Origin: Lama guanicoe
Lineage: Eukaryota
Direction of reading: 5' to 3'
Length of the DNA: 64,000 nucleotides
Assembly (NCBI GenBank): GCA_013239625.1
Contig: MU054037.1
Span: 62,001 to 126,000 of the forward strand
In this document: piece after piece, positions 40,245 through 53,595 of the stretch
Position numbering within the stretch: position 1 is the stretch's first letter
Layout of the letters: each line of letters opens with the position of its first letter
Made by a program: the position numbers and the translations under genes
The notes under the pieces: generated by a model
The model's database searches: none
What the model was told of the DNA's origin: nothing
Seen by the model: only the letters and a program-made list of their open reading frames with translations

Positions 40245-42435
40245 CTGGGGGAACAGCAAGTCAGATGTAGTGTGCAACTCAGATGGACATACAAAAAAAT
40301 GGCCTCCAGAATTTCCACTTCCTGTTCTATCAGGGTCTTGGGGTGGCTGGAGAGTAAAGCCAGAATCTTTTCCCAGAGCTTCACACCCTGCAGTTAGCCC
40401 CTACTCTCCTTATGAGACATCAGAGCTCACAGGAGTCCCCATGTCTCTGAGGTTGGCCAGAGCAAAGAGCTGCTGGTGAGAGTCAGTGCTGAAAATGCTG
40501 GCAGCAAGCCACGTAATCCGTTTTCAGTGCTCCCATGAAGTCTGTGTATTCTAAGGAATTTGTATTTGTGAGCAGCTAGTGCTACATCTTTAGATGTTAC
40601 ACACAATGGGCTGTTCCAAGAAAGATCCAGGAATATAAAAAAGCAGGATTTCTTGGCTTCAGTGTCTCTTTCCTTTGCTACCCTGCCTTATGGACAATTT
40701 GGCAAATGGTCAAATTGCTACCCCAATCTTTCCTACAATAAACCAAAAAAAAAAAAACCAAAAAAAACAAAAAACCAGAACAAGAAAATCACTTGGTATA
40801 TAAAGCATCCCACTACATTCCTCCCTCAGGAAGGCAGGATATAGTAATCAGAAACAGACAAAAAGAAAAAACTTGACTAGGAACCTGTATTTTTTCACAT
40901 AGATATTCTACTTCCTTCCATTCCTCTTCCAGTGCCTCTTGCTGTTCTATTTCTTGGTCACCAAATTATCCCACTTCCAAATCTGTTTCTCCTTTCCATA
41001 ATCAGTAATATATAGAAACTGAGTGAGTTCCCAAGGTAACTACAAATATTTGTTATTCTTTCAGCCATGTGACCTGCCCTAAAAATAAACTCAAATATTT
41101 TTCCTACTATCAAAATGCCAGGAACAATGTAATGGATATTGGTTTTTTATGCACACCTACGAAATAGAGAAGGCATAATGCTGCTTAGGCAAAATTTCTA
41201 GGAATACTGTGAAAGTCCTAAAATAGAAGATAATATAAAAATTGAGTGTGTTAGATTTTTCTATCTTTAAACTGGAACAAGCAAAGGAAGGCTTGGGGGA
41301 AAAGGATTAGAACAAGCAGATACACATAAGCTTACATTCACCCAGAAAAATAGAATTTGTTTCCCTTTTTAGAAAGAGAGTAGCAAAGAGAAGAGTGCAC
41401 ATTTGCTCTGAGGTCTAGTCAAGGCTTAGCCTCTTTCCTTTGAAATGTCTCCTCGTTGTGCCAGCCAGGGACACTCAGAGACCTCCATGTGAAGCTGACA
41501 GTACTTGAAACCAATTCACAAACAAGATTTGCTTTCTGTTCTCATGTGACTCTGGGCTAGTTGACCTTTTGGGAGTCATGGATAAAGTCTCCATTTAAGG
41601 CTCCCACATGGTAATGACCCCACTACACAAATCATTGTTAATTAGGGAGCTCCCAAATTAAATGAGGTTTAGCAAGTGGCAGTGTCACAATAACAACAGT
41701 GATACTCATAAAACTTCACATTTTGATGGTCTCGACAACAGTTTGCAAAGGTATTTATACCTCTCTTTTCTAATCCTCAGAGAAACCCTCTAGGACACAG
41801 AGGATACACATGCACACATACATGAATCCCATTTTCAGGTATGTAAAAGCTGAGGCTAAAAAGCAAGGGAACGTGTCCAACCTGTATGTGGCTGGGTGTA
41901 CAGTTCAACCAAGGCTTCTCCGTGTCTTTCTATCCTGGCTGTTCTCTATGTCTCCACCTCACCATTCCCACTATCATCCAAGAATCCTAAAACCATAGGA
42001 TTTGTGATACAGCGGACTGGAAATTTAAAAAGCCATGTTAGAGCTTTCAGAGAATCAATTCATAAACAGATAAAATAATGGAAAGACTGTGGAGAAAAAA
42101 CAAACAAACAGGAAGTGTTCAGATGACTAATGCAGGATGAAGTCACTAAGGCAACAGGGAAAATTCTCTCTCTCCCTCCTTCATATCCTCCCTGCTCATG
42201 ACTGTATGTCCTAAGACAGAGGACTTCCCCCATATGGCCCTGTAGTAACCCTTTCCTCCAATACTGGATAGTCTCTTAAAATCCTCTGGCTAAACTTCCT
42301 GATAGACCAGGAGCAAGTTTCCAGTTTTTTCTTGGAACTACCATATTAGTACCAGTCACATTCACATCACTATCTCCTTTGACACATGTTCCTTATATGA
42401 CATGATCCCCCGATCCTTCCCCATTATGAACATAC

Positions 42436-42534
42436 CCACCCACACAGTTTGTCAAACATCTCACTTTCAATGTGATGGACAAAGGAACTGCACCACCCAT
42501 AAAGTGACTTTCAGTTCTTCACTCAATAAATCAA
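42436..42534 (-). pseudogene. Nested relic exon m (99 nt)
   Basis: Acceptor ttgacttacttttcGG (AG lost), donor TGG|gtatgt. Ends ...KSLYGWCSSFVHHIESEMFDKLCGW. Confidence 0.4.
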
Positions 42535-42794
42535 CCGAAAAGTAAGTCAACATGTATTGAATTATGAGGGAACTTTGGGAGGATTATGAAAATGCTCTGT
42601 ATCTTGATGGGAGCAAAAAGCACTGTTGCAGGGGTAATTGAGGAAGTGGAAGTCCAGCACTTAACACAGGGCCTGGAACAACGTAAGTTCTTTATGGAGA
42701 AGTGCAGATCAGTGCCTTCATGGCTACTTTTGTGAGAGATACTAACAAACTGGAGAGAAGAAGGGCCAACAAAGAGAAAGGAACTTTTACTCAC

Positions 42795-42985
42795 AAAACT
42801 TTCATCACCAATTTGTCTTTCTCTGTTTCCCCTGTCCAGCTTAGCCCTGCTCTGGTGAAGACATAATTGGTTTTCATCTCAAGAATCAACCCCACCTGCT
42901 TCCTGGAATATATTAGGAACTTCTTCACCTTAGTGGGAGAGCATGTGAAAAACCATGATTGCTCCCATGCCTGGGGTCAAGTGTC
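42795..42985 (-). pseudogene. Nested relic exon l (191 nt, frame uncertain)
   Basis: Boundaries attctttctag| and TTT|gtgagt. Probably contains a frameshift. Confidence 0.45.
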
Positions 42986-43305
42986 CTAGAAAGAATCTAA
43001 CGTCCTCTTTGGGAGAATCTGGGCAAACCTCTTCAGCTAAATCCATTCTAAAATGTGTAACTGTCTCTGGCTACCCAGGTCTTGTCCTCATTTCATTTCC
43101 ACCCCAGGACTAGAGTCTGGCCATATATGCTGACCAAATTGGTAGGGGGCTGAGTCCCTCTACTGGTTCCAGTCCACTCTTTTCATACAGGATCTGAATT
43201 CAGTTTCCAGTGTCCTCCTGATACTCAGACAGATCTCCCTGCCTGACAACTTGGCCACAGACGAAGAATGAACTCCCCAGATGCCCCTGGAACTGGACCC
43301 CATAC

Positions 43306-43471
43306 CTTGGATCAAAGCCCTTAAATATGGCCATGGCCAGATCAAACATGAGTTTATTCCTCTCCCTTGGCCATGATGATCTGAACTACCCAGGGCAACT
43401 TCCTTTTACTCTCTCCCACCTGCCAAGAGCTGCAGGTACATCCCATGTCTATGGATGATTCATTTAGACCA
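43306..43471 (-). pseudogene. Nested relic exon k (166 nt, phase 1-2)
   Basis: Boundaries ttttttccttcctcactgtcag| and AAG|gtatgg. Ends ...SSWPRERNKLMFDLAMAIFKGFDPR. Confidence 0.5.
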
Positions 43472-44910
43472 CTGACAGTGAGGAAGGAAAAAAATTACAA
43501 AGAGCAAACATATGAGCTCATAAAGCAAAGCAGTCTATTGAGGATTTAATATAGGGGCAAATAGGTCTAAAAACACTAACAAACCTAAAAACTTTACTAG
43601 TCATTGCTGTTTTATAGTTTCATTCATCCATTCATTCATTACGTACTCAATCATATATTCATGCTTGCACTGATCTGAATCATATCTGATTGCCTGAAAT
43701 GTGCTTGGTACTAAATAAATATGAATAAGACTTAATCCTTGTTCTTAAACAATCACAAAAACTAATGCTCAGAATGTGAATGTCCTATCAAATGACCTAT
43801 CAAATAATTTTTTTTATGTTTGGTGTATTCTGTTAATGAAAAGAGAAAACTGCAGTACATCTTAGTAAATTAGATAATTCCATTGAACAGTATCAGCTAT
43901 AATTAGCACAAAATGTAAACTGTGAGCTTCATTTCTTTAGGTGATAAATGAGCCTGGCATTTCTAGGTCTGCATCTCACCTTGGCCCGCTTAGTTATATG
44001 GCATTGGCCTCACTTTCTCACCTCTAATATGGGAATAACAGTAGTTCTTATCTCTCAAGATTACTGTAAAGGTCAAATGAGGTAATGTGCACAAAATGCT
44101 CAACATGGTGCCTGGAATGCCCCCGTTTATGTTGTGTTTTCCTTCTCAAAAATGCTTATTATGTTAGTTTTTATTCATGCACTTTACATTAACAAGATCT
44201 TTCCATTTTTCAATATCACCTTAGCATCTCCATTTGGGGTTTAATACGTAAGGTCAAGTGCAACTGGCCTTGAAAAAGAGATCTTAAGAAGTTAAAACAG
44301 TAACCAGTAGAGATCCCCCACCCCCAAACCGTCACTAGACATTTCTGTCCCCCTGACCACCTCCCTCTTCCTTAAGTAAACCATGCCTCTTCCCAGCGCA
44401 GGGCCTTGGCATATGCTGTTCCCTTTTTCTGCTGTATGTTCCCCTTGCTACATCCTCATCCAGCTTCTGACTTCTCATTTCTTAGATCTCAGCTACACCT
44501 CATTTAATCGTACCTAACTTTTGTTGGGTGCCTGCTGTGCTCCTGACACTGTAATGGGTGCTTTCATGGGCTTTTTCATTCGGTCCTTGCAACAAACCCT
44601 GAGGCACATTAACCTGTTATCCTCAGAGAGGCTTTCCACCAATAATCGGGTGACCTGTCGAGACAGGACTCAAACGCAGACTCTGTGCCCCATCTGCCTG
44701 CCTCCATCTCCCTGCCCCCACCCACCTGCACCCCCTCACCTCCCTATACCCCTTTTTCCTGCACCTCCACCTCCCTGAACCTCCACAAAAAAACCCCCAG
44801 CAATCAACAAAAAGGATAACATACCCACACCCTATTCAAAAAGGAAGTAAGGAAAAGTAAGCAGTCCAGAAATTAAAATTTGTGAGAAATCTGCCAAAAC
44901 TATCACCTAC

Positions 44911-45024
44911 TAGGATAAGAAGCACATGACACTTCCCCGGTTAAAACTAAACCAACTGCAAGGACACATTAATAAAATGACAGTATCCCATTCAAGGCTC
45001 AATGTTTCAAAGCACATCTGGAAT
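44911..45024 (-). pseudogene. Nested relic exon j (114 nt, phase 1-1)
   Basis: Boundaries taactttatgcag| and CTA|gtaggt. Reads SRCALKH*ALNGILSFY*CVLAVGLVLTGEVSCASYP. Confidence 0.45.
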
Positions 45025-45629
45025 CTGCATAAAGTTACAGATACTAGACTTGAAGTGAGACCGTGACAGCTCGAAGCTGATCCAAAGCATTCCAAAATGT
45101 TAGCCAACTGGAGCTTGACAAAAGAGTGAAACAGAGTAGGAGATCCTGGGCCTCTTCAGGCTGGGGAACGGCAGACATGAAGGAGTCACGACAACATCCG
45201 TTCAAATATCTAAGGGACTATCTTATAAAGGGGGATTTAGATTTGGTCCATCTCTATGGCCCAGAGGACAGAACTAGTGCTAAAGGTAGAGGGAAAATGC
45301 AGGGAAAGTGAAATACTTCAACTAAGCTTTAGAGCAATCAGATCTTTCTAACAGAGGTGTCTAACATAGTAAGACAACAGTCTCTAATGGGTGGGGGAGG
45401 TAGAGTGTAGGAGGAAAAGTACAGGACTTTCAGGATTCAACAGAGAATCCAATTTGATCTACAAGGTGGACTTTGGATGTGGTTGGACCATAACTTTTTC
45501 AGACATTCATGATAAGAAAAATAAAACAATGATACACTCTTTAAGACCTACTAACTATAAAATGAGGATAATAATAATTTCAACCTGATAGAATTGTATG
45601 AAAATAATATGTGAAATAAGTCTTCAACA

Positions 45630-46910
45630 TGAAAGACAGAAACAAAAACAAACAACAACAAAAAAAGAAAACTGAGGAGAAAACTTCAATTACGATCCTC
45701 AGAGAGATGAGAAAATACTGCATTTATGATGCTAAAAGAATGTACAATTTTGTTTGAAGAAACCATAAAAAAATAAGAACAAACTTTTGGAAATTTAAAC
45801 TATAATAACTAAGTAAAATAAGAAATGTTAACAAATAGTTGAAGGATAAAGCTGAGGAAATATCCTAGAATGTAGAGACAACTGTTAAAGAGTATGGCAA
45901 GAACATAAACAAAATTAAAATTATTAACACAAGAGAGATAATATCTGACTAATAGGTCTTCCAGAAAGAGAGAACCGAAAAAAAAAAAATGTGCGAAGGA
46001 CATTATCAAAGAAAGCATATGAGAAAAATTCCCAGAACCGAAAGATCTGAGTTGCCAGGTGGGAGTGGTTGAATGCCCAACACAATGGATGAAGATAAAC
46101 ATGCACCAAAGTACATCAGAATAAGTTTTTAGTACGTAAGGGATAAAGAAAAATCCTAAGTGCTTCCTGGAAACAAAGGGTAGGGTAGGAGGAATAAGTG
46201 ACAAAAATAATCGGGAATAAGAATAACATTGAACTTCAAAATTCTGAGACACAAAGGCCTCAACATTTTTTCCTCCACTGCACCTTCTCTCAGGAAGTTA
46301 CTGAAGGATGTTCTCCAAAAGTCAAGGGAAACCCAGGGAGACAACTACGTAACAAGCCTGGAGAGCAGCCAGCCTAACCTGGAGCGGGTAAAAAAGGACA
46401 GACAGGAAAAGAAGTGGGATGGGAAAAAAAGATCACTGAATATGTAGAACAGTATATCAAAGGGTTTGCAAAAAAAGAATTACTATTAGAGACATAGATG
46501 AAGAAATGAGACCTTACTAACACTAGCAAAAATGAAAAGTTGCACAGGAAAGGAAATCTAAAGCACAGACAATACTTACCCAACATGCAAAGGTAAACAT
46601 TGGATACTGATTTAACCAAAAATTGTAATATCACTATACAGGGATGGTATGGAGAGGGCAACCCTGGGTGAATATAAGAAAGCAATATATTCAGCTACCA
46701 TAGTAGGGAAGCAACAGATAACATCTAAGTTAGCGGAGTAAGCACAAATGTCAAAAGAAATCCTAAAAAGATTAAAAGGGCTACTCTGGAGAATAGGACT
46801 TAAGGGTGAGGGAAGGGCAGAAAGTGATGGAATGGGAGACTGCAGTTCTTTGCTATGACTTATTAAACTTGACTTTTAATTATATGCGTGTATTACTTTT
46901 ATAAAAATTG
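45630..46910 (+). mobile_element. HAL1-like (ORF1-only L1 relative) relic
   Basis: A-rich degenerate ORF1-like sequence (ttgaaggataaagctgaggaaatatcc, ataggtcttccagaaagagag) followed by an L1-like 3' end with no ORF2. Confidence 0.65.
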
Positions 46911-47100
46911 ATACTGACTCCTTAAAAAGAAAAATCTTGCCAGTCCACCAAACAAAAAATTCCAGGAGTCACTGAACTAGATGATTATCAAGGTCTGTTC
47001 TGCTTTGAGACTTATTTGATTTCCTCTTGTCCCCTAGTGGAGCTGTTGTGTGCTGGGAAACTTCATTTATAAGGCAAAGGAGAATCATTTCCAGTCTTAC

Positions 47101-47209
47101 TATACCGATACTCAAAGAGTTTTAAGGTTTTCGGTTTTGCAAACACATGTCCTTTTATTAACCCAATATAATTTCCTCATTCCATTTTCATTATTATTTT
47201 CACCTGCTT
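47101..47209 (-). pseudogene. Nested relic exon i (109 nt, phase 0-1)
   Basis: Boundaries aatttcag| and ATA|gtaaga. Reads KQVKIIMKME*GNYIGLIKGHVFAKPKTLKLFEYRY. Confidence 0.55.
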
Positions 47210-47929
47210 CTGAAATTTGAAATTCAGATGTATTTCTTACCCGCTTAACTTTTTTACTAATCAATTAGTTACTTTCCACTTAACATTAAAATTTTTCCAT
47301 GACAGATTTTCTCAAATGTCATTGTTTTTTATGATTGCAAAAATATATGCTTACTGTTAAAAATTTGGAAAACACAGAAAAGTATAAAAGAGAAAAATAA
47401 AATCCACTTTCTTTTGATGACCCATAAATAGCCCTTTGAATATTAACATATAAAAGATATTTATATATCTTGCCAGTCTTCCTACTGGGCATATTTAATG
47501 ACTACATTTATTAAATTTTTTTAACAAAATAGGTCTTGACTGTTCAGCTTTATAACTTTTTATTTTCTTAACAATGCTTTTTTTCTCTCATCCTTGGAAA
47601 TTCTTTTACAATATCATTTGATTATTTGATTGTTTCACATAGGGAAGTCCATTACTTCAGGTTATTTCTAATCATTGACGATTACAAACAATAATAAATA
47701 TCCTTGAAGGTACATCTCTGAATACATTCAGGCTGCTTTACTTAGGGTAAGTTTTCATAGTAGATGTGGTAGGTCAGGGTGTGCATATTTTTAAGGCTGT
47801 GAAAAATTATAGTCACAATTCCCTCTAGAAAAGTTTACCTGTTGCATTCTGGCCAACAACTTGGGAATATTAATTTCCCCATATCTTCAACAAAAATGGA
47901 CATTTTTAAAATAAAATAAAAAACTCCGC

Positions 47930-48147
47930 CTTTGTGTATGTGAGAAATACAGTCCTGGTTGGGTGCTTAGGCGTCATCTTAGGGATACTCTGGTGCATAA
48001 TTGGTATATTTTCTACAGCATATTGTTGACATCTAGGATCATTTCACATATTAGGATAAATCATAAGAAACTGCCAATACTTGACAGTTTTTGACCTTGC
48101 AAAACTGTTAATTTCAGAAGCTTCAACCTAATAAATGTATTTGTATA
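47930..48147 (-). pseudogene. Nested relic exon h (218 nt, phase 1-0)
   Basis: Acceptor ttaac...accttccccag|; donor degenerate (AAG|gcggagt). Reads YKYIY*VEASEINSFARSKTVKYWQFLMIYPNM*NDPRCQQYAVENIPIMHQSIPKMTPKHPTRTVFLTYTK. Confidence 0.6.
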
Positions 48148-48244
48148 CTGGGGAAGGTATCACAGGTTAAGAATTGGCCAAATTGCCATTGTCTTTTAAA
48201 ATAATACTATTGGCTCTACCTTCAAAATGCAATCACTTCTTGAC

Positions 48245-50411
48245 AGAGTTCCCAAGATGGTGGAGTAGGAAGATCCTAAGCTCACATCTTTTCATGGGCA
48301 CACCAAAATTACAACTATTTTCAGAGCAACCATTGATGAGAAAGACCAGAATCCACCAGAAAATATCTCCTACAACTGAAGATATAAAGAAGGAACCACA
48401 ACAAGATGGTTAGGAGGGGCAGAGTCACAGTACAGTCAAGAGCCACACCCCAAGGTGGGTGACATACAAACAGTAGAATAATTACAATTGCAGCAGTTCT
48501 CCCCAAAAAGCAAGGGGTCTGAGCCCCACATGGGGCTCCTCAGGTGAGGAGTCTTGTACTGGGAAGATGAGACCCCAGAATGTTTGGCTTTGAAGGCCTG
48601 CAGGTCTTACTTTCTGGAGACCCAGAGAGGTGTGGGAAATAGAGACTCCACTCTTAAAAGGAGCACACAAAATCCCTCACATTCTGGGACCCTGGGCAGA
48701 AGAGTAATTTGAAAGAAGCCTGGGTCAGATCCACCTGCTGATCTTGGAATGCCTCCTGGAAAGACAGGAGGCAACTAGAGTTTATCACCTTGCAGGCTTA
48801 AACACTGGTGGTAGGCATTTTGGGTAGCTTGTTTTACAAAGTGGAAACTGGTGCTGTGAGGCACCAGTTGGAATCCTCCCTCTCGCTTATTAGTCTTAGG
48901 ACCTAGCCCTGCCCCTCCCTGCCCACCAGCCTCTAAGCACCTGGGACGCCTTGGGCCAAGCAAGTAGACTGGCAGGGACACAGCCCCACCCACAGCAGGC
49001 AGGTTGCTCCAAGATCCCTTGAGCCCAGAGCCATCCCTGGACACAGCCCTGTCCACCAGAGGGCCTAGGACCCTGCCTCAGACACCAGCGTGCAGGCACC
49101 AGCCCCACACAGATGAAGAAAGAATACTAAAAGCAGCAAGGGAAAAGCAACAAGTTACATACAACGGAACTCCCATAAGTCCATCAGCGGACTTTTCAGC
49201 AGGAACTCTGCAGGCCAGAAGGGAGTGGCACAATGTATTTAAAGTGTTTATTTATGAAAGGGAAAAACCTACAACCAAGAATATTGTACTCAGCAAGGCT
49301 TTCATTCAGATTTGATGGAGAGATCAAAAGTTTTATAGACAAAAAACTAAAAGAGTTCAGCACCACCAAACCAGTTTTACAAGAAACGTTAAAGAGACTT
49401 TAAGAGAAAAGAAAAGGCCACAATCAAAAATATGAAAATCACAAAAGGAAAAAGCTCATCAGTAAATGAAAACATACAGTAAAAGCAGGAAATCAACCAC
49501 GTACAAAGCTAGTAGGAAGGTTAAAAGACAAAAGTAGTAAAATCATCTATATCTGCAATAAGCAGTTAAGGGATACACAAAACAAAAAGGTATAAAATAT
49601 GATGTCAAAATCATGCTCAGTATCATTAATCATCAAAGAAATACAAATCAAAACCACAATGAGACATCACCTCACACCTGTCAGAATGGCTATCATCAAA
49701 AAGAACACATAGCAAATGCTGGTGACCATGTGGAAAAAAAGGAACCCTTGTACACTATTGTTGGGAATATAAATTGGTGCAGCCCCTGTGGAAAACAGCA
49801 GGGAGTTACCTCAAAAAACTAAAAATAGAACTACTATATGGTCAGCAATTCTCCTCCTGGGTATATATCCAAAGAAAACAGGAACACTGAATTGAAAAAG
49901 ATACATACACCCCCAAAGTTCATAGCAGCATTATTCAGCATTATTTATAATAGCCAAAGAAGATGTGGTATATACATACACAATGGAATAGTACTCAGCC
50001 ATAAAAAAGAATGAAATTTTGCTGTTTGTAACAACATGGATGGACCTGGAGGGTATTATGCTTAGTGAAATAAGTCAGAGAAAGACAAATACTGCATGCT
50101 ATCATTTATATGTGGAATCTAAAAAATAAAACAAATGAATGAACATAACAAAAGAGACTCACAGATATAGAGAACAAACTAGTGGTTACCAATGGGGAGA
50201 GGAAAAGGAAGTGGCAAGATAGGGGTGACAGATTAAGAAGTACAAACTACTATGTATAAAATAAATTAGCTACAAGGATATATGGTACAGCACAGGGAAT
50301 ATAGCCAATATTTGATGATAACTTTAAATAAAGTATAATCTATAAAAATGGTGAATCACTATATTGTACACTCGAAACTAATCCTGTAAATCAACTATAT
50401 TTAAATTTTTT
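48245..50411 (+). mobile_element. L1 with both termini and two large internal deletions
   Basis: 5'UTR start (cccaagatggtggagtaggaag), ORF1 C-terminal part (ERILKAAREKQQVTY...LQARREW), ORF2 extreme C-terminus and 3'UTR. TSD aaaatgcaatcacttct / aaaatccaatcatttct; splits an L2. Confidence 0.9.
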
Positions 50412-52340
50412 AAAATCCAATCATTTCTCACAACTTCTACTGCTACCACCTAGAACTAGACATAATCATCTCTCACTGGTGTTACTGCAGTTGTCTCCCA
50501 AGTGGTCTCTCTCTTCTACCCCTGTCCCATTTGGTGTACTCTCTACACAGCAGCTGCTGTAATCCTATCAAAATGTGAGCAGTCACTGTCCTGCTCAAAA
50601 CCCACAGTACTTTTCCATTTCACTATAAGTCAAAAGTTAGACAATGACCTGCAAGGCCCTAGACAATCCATTTAGTCCAAATCCACCTCTCAGCTCTCAC
50701 CTCCTTGTCACCCCTCTCCAACCCAGCCACACTGGCTTCTCTGCTGTTCCTTAAGCACTTAATTCTCTTCAGGACTTTGTATATGTTTGCCCCTGTACCT
50801 GGAATATTCTTCCCAGAGATAGTCACAATACTGACTTCTTCACCTCTTTAAGGTTTTTCTTCAAAATCACCTTCTATCTCACCATCTTACTTAAAATTGT
50901 AATCTCCCAACACTTCTCATCTGCATTCCTTGCTTTACTTCTCTCCTTAGTATTCATCATCACTAATATACCATGCATTTTACTCTTTCTTGCTTTTTTT
51001 TTTGCTATCTGCCCCCATCCCTCCACCCCCTTGCATAAGCCCCATGCAAATAAGGATTTTGTTTTGCTTCCCTCTGTATTCTCTGTGCCTAGAACAGTGC
51101 TTGACACATACTCTACTCAGTAAATATTTGTTGACTGAATGAGTCCATCTCCCTTCTGTTGGCTCTTATCCTTTAAATATAATCAAGTCCAGTCTAGTCT
51201 GCAACATTCTTCCCTTAATCCAACTTATCCCTCAAGTCAGCTTTCTCTTTCCCTCCACCACCTCACTTCTTAAGTTATAAGCTCAGTGTTCCTACTTTCT
51301 TAATGTTTGCTGTTTAACCTCTTAATATTCTAAGTCTGTTTTCACCAAGGATATTTATGAACCCCAAATTTTCAAACCAAATCACCATATTTCTTCCACC
51401 ATAAAATGTACCATTAGAGTTTTACGAGGTTTTGCCAGAGGGATAAAGGGTCTATGGGTGGGAAATATTGTAAAGTGCATACCAATTCCCCGAAACATTA
51501 CACTGTGCGGCTGGAGTAGAAGGTACGAGGTGGTGTGCTAGAAGAAAAATACACCACCTCTTCTCATTCTCCCTCTTGCAGCTTTGGCACTTCTAGAAAC
51601 TGTGCAGCTTTAGGCACTCTTTCTAGAAACTTTGGTCTCAAAACACTCTCTCCCTTGGCTACCATGTTCGGATTCTCCTTGGCTTTCTCCTATCTTTCTA
51701 AGCTTTCTTTCTGAATCTCTCTTCTTAAGTCCTTTCTCTTCCCATCCCTTTAGAAATTAATGTTGGTGTTTCCTAAGATTCTGTCCTTCATCCTTTTCTG
51801 TTTTCATTCTCTCATTTCGCAGGATGACTCATACTTTAAATGCTCATACTGTCAACCACTGACTCCATGCTCCAACTCCAACTCCCATTATCTCTTGATT
51901 TTGGCTAGGTCTCTCTAAGCTCTAAGCCAAAATTTCCAGAAACCAACAGAATATCTCTGCTTTGGTGTCCTATAAACATCTCATATTTAGTATGTGCCAG
52001 AATGAACTTGTAATCTCCCTCTTCCCCTGCCAAATTCATTCTCCCTCCCCCATTCCTAGTCTTATTTTTAAATATTTATCAAGTCAATCATCCAAATCTA
52101 AACTTGAGGATAAATCTTAACATCTCCCTTTCCTACCCTCCCAACAAACCACCTAGCTCTCTACCTCAGACTCTATCTCATAAATATTGTTTAAATCCAG
52201 CCCTTTCTTCGATGCCTTAGTGCAGGTCCCCATCGTCTCTCACCTACTGGACTATTGCAGAAGCCCAATACTAGCCTATCCCCATTGCTCACCAACTTCT
52301 TGGTTCATTCCCTAGACTGCTGCCAGAGTGATCTAACAAA
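50412..52340 (+). mobile_element. L2 LINE fragments
   Basis: L2 3' motifs; one copy ends tagaacagtgcttgacacat...gttgactgaatga at about 51143. Confidence 0.75.
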
Positions 52341-52406
52341 GCCAAGTCCTATGACCACTAAGTATGACGATAGCATAAGTGAAAATACTTTGCTGCACTC
52401 TCCTAC

Positions 52407-52586
52407 ACTCTTGTGAAAATCTGTAGCTGTACCCTAAAAGAAATGGTTTTTTTCCCCAAATGAAATGTCAGTGTATTAGCATTAGGAAATGACACTAATG
52501 TCCAGCATCATCTCTTCTGAGACAAGGCACCATGACCAGGGGCAAGTAAGCAGATGCCTTAGTTGGCTCTCCCAACACCCATTAAC
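52407..52586 (-). pseudogene. Nested relic exon g (180 nt, phase 1-1)
   Basis: Boundaries gtttttgttggtcccag| and AGT|gtagga. Reads *WVLGEPTKASAYLPLVMVPCLRRDDAGH*CHFLMLIH*HFIWGKKPFLLGYSYRFSQE. Confidence 0.55.
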
Positions 52587-52851
52587 CTGGGACCAACAAA
52601 AACACACTATGAAAAGAGAGCAGCAGGGTATGACGGGAGGGGAGAGAGAACTCTTTGGAAAGCCCTGAGTTTGTTATTTTGTCTTGCTTTGTTTTGTTTG
52701 TTTGTGTGTTTATCATTGCCTCTGTGAACTGATAACATAACCTCTACCCTAAGTATAAACAGACTTTAGAACTAATCTCCAATAAAAGGCATTAATTACT
52801 CAGGCAAAGTGTTAAACAGTAGAACAGGAGGTCACTCCCCAATTCACATAC

Positions 52852-53217
52852 TGGAAGTGTGCTTTCATTGGGAAGGGTAAAAAGTAAGAAAATGGGCCCA
52901 GAGAGGGTCCTTCCTGAATGCTTTTATGCTTATGGACAAAACATTGATAGAATTCTGACAGCCCTGGACCCTCTAGCCTCTGAAACATGACTATACAGCA
53001 ACAGGACTTCTACCTTCCCTCCTGGATCTGAGTGAGCATTCTTGGCTAGAGGATTGAGATGTCTTCCTCCACAGAGAAGGGGAACTAGCATTTGGTGATT
53101 GCATTCTTCCAGGATCTAAATGGAATCTAAGGGAGCCAAGGGTAGACCATGCATTCCCCATCTCCAGTGCTGGACTGGGTTGGATGTTCCCTAATGCTTC
53201 CTTAAATTCTTTTTAAG
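52852..53217 (-). pseudogene. Nested relic exon f (366 nt, phase 1-1), IQ-like motif
   Basis: Boundaries gtgtttttcatcttag| and CCA|gtatgt. 73 open codons (KEFKEALGNIQPSPALEMG...) then ...SPVAV*SCFRG*RVQ...KAFRKDPLWAHFLTFYPSQ*KHTS. Confidence 0.6.
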
Positions 53218-53554
53218 CTAAGATGAAAAACACATACATTCATTTGTGCACACATTCAAAAGGAATCTCTTTTCTTTCAAGGATAAGGTCTTAGATTAAT
53301 TTTGCAATAAAGTAGAAAGAATGATGGAGGAAAATCTTGCCTCCAAAATAGATATGACGCAGGAATGAGAGGGAAATTTTACTTTGTTTATTTTTTGGTT
53401 AGATAAAAGAGGATGTTGATAAAAGTGGAGAAGAAAACAGACCACAGAAACCAAAAATGTTGTAGTTGAATGAAAGTTTATATTGGAGATAATTAAGGAA
53501 AATTGAATCAGCGATGTAGAGAATAACCTTAGGAAAATGATCTCAAAAAATAAA

Positions 53555-53595
53555 GGAAGGAAGGAAGGTAGGAAGGAAGGAAGGAAGGAAGGAAG
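53555..53595 (+). repeat. (GGAA)n microsatellite inside an old L1/HAL1-like fragment (about 53440-54070)
   Basis: Directly visible ggaa tandem with one interruption. Confidence 0.9.

Noticed and set aside
42795..42985. GDPD-like word VGLILEMK in one frame of relic exon l
   Set aside because: No other glycerophosphodiesterase motifs (AHRG, DV..TKDG) nearby; likely chance.
47210..47240. Strong donor CGG|GTAAGA just upstream of relic exon i
   Set aside because: It would define a 31-nt intron, too short for mammalian splicing.
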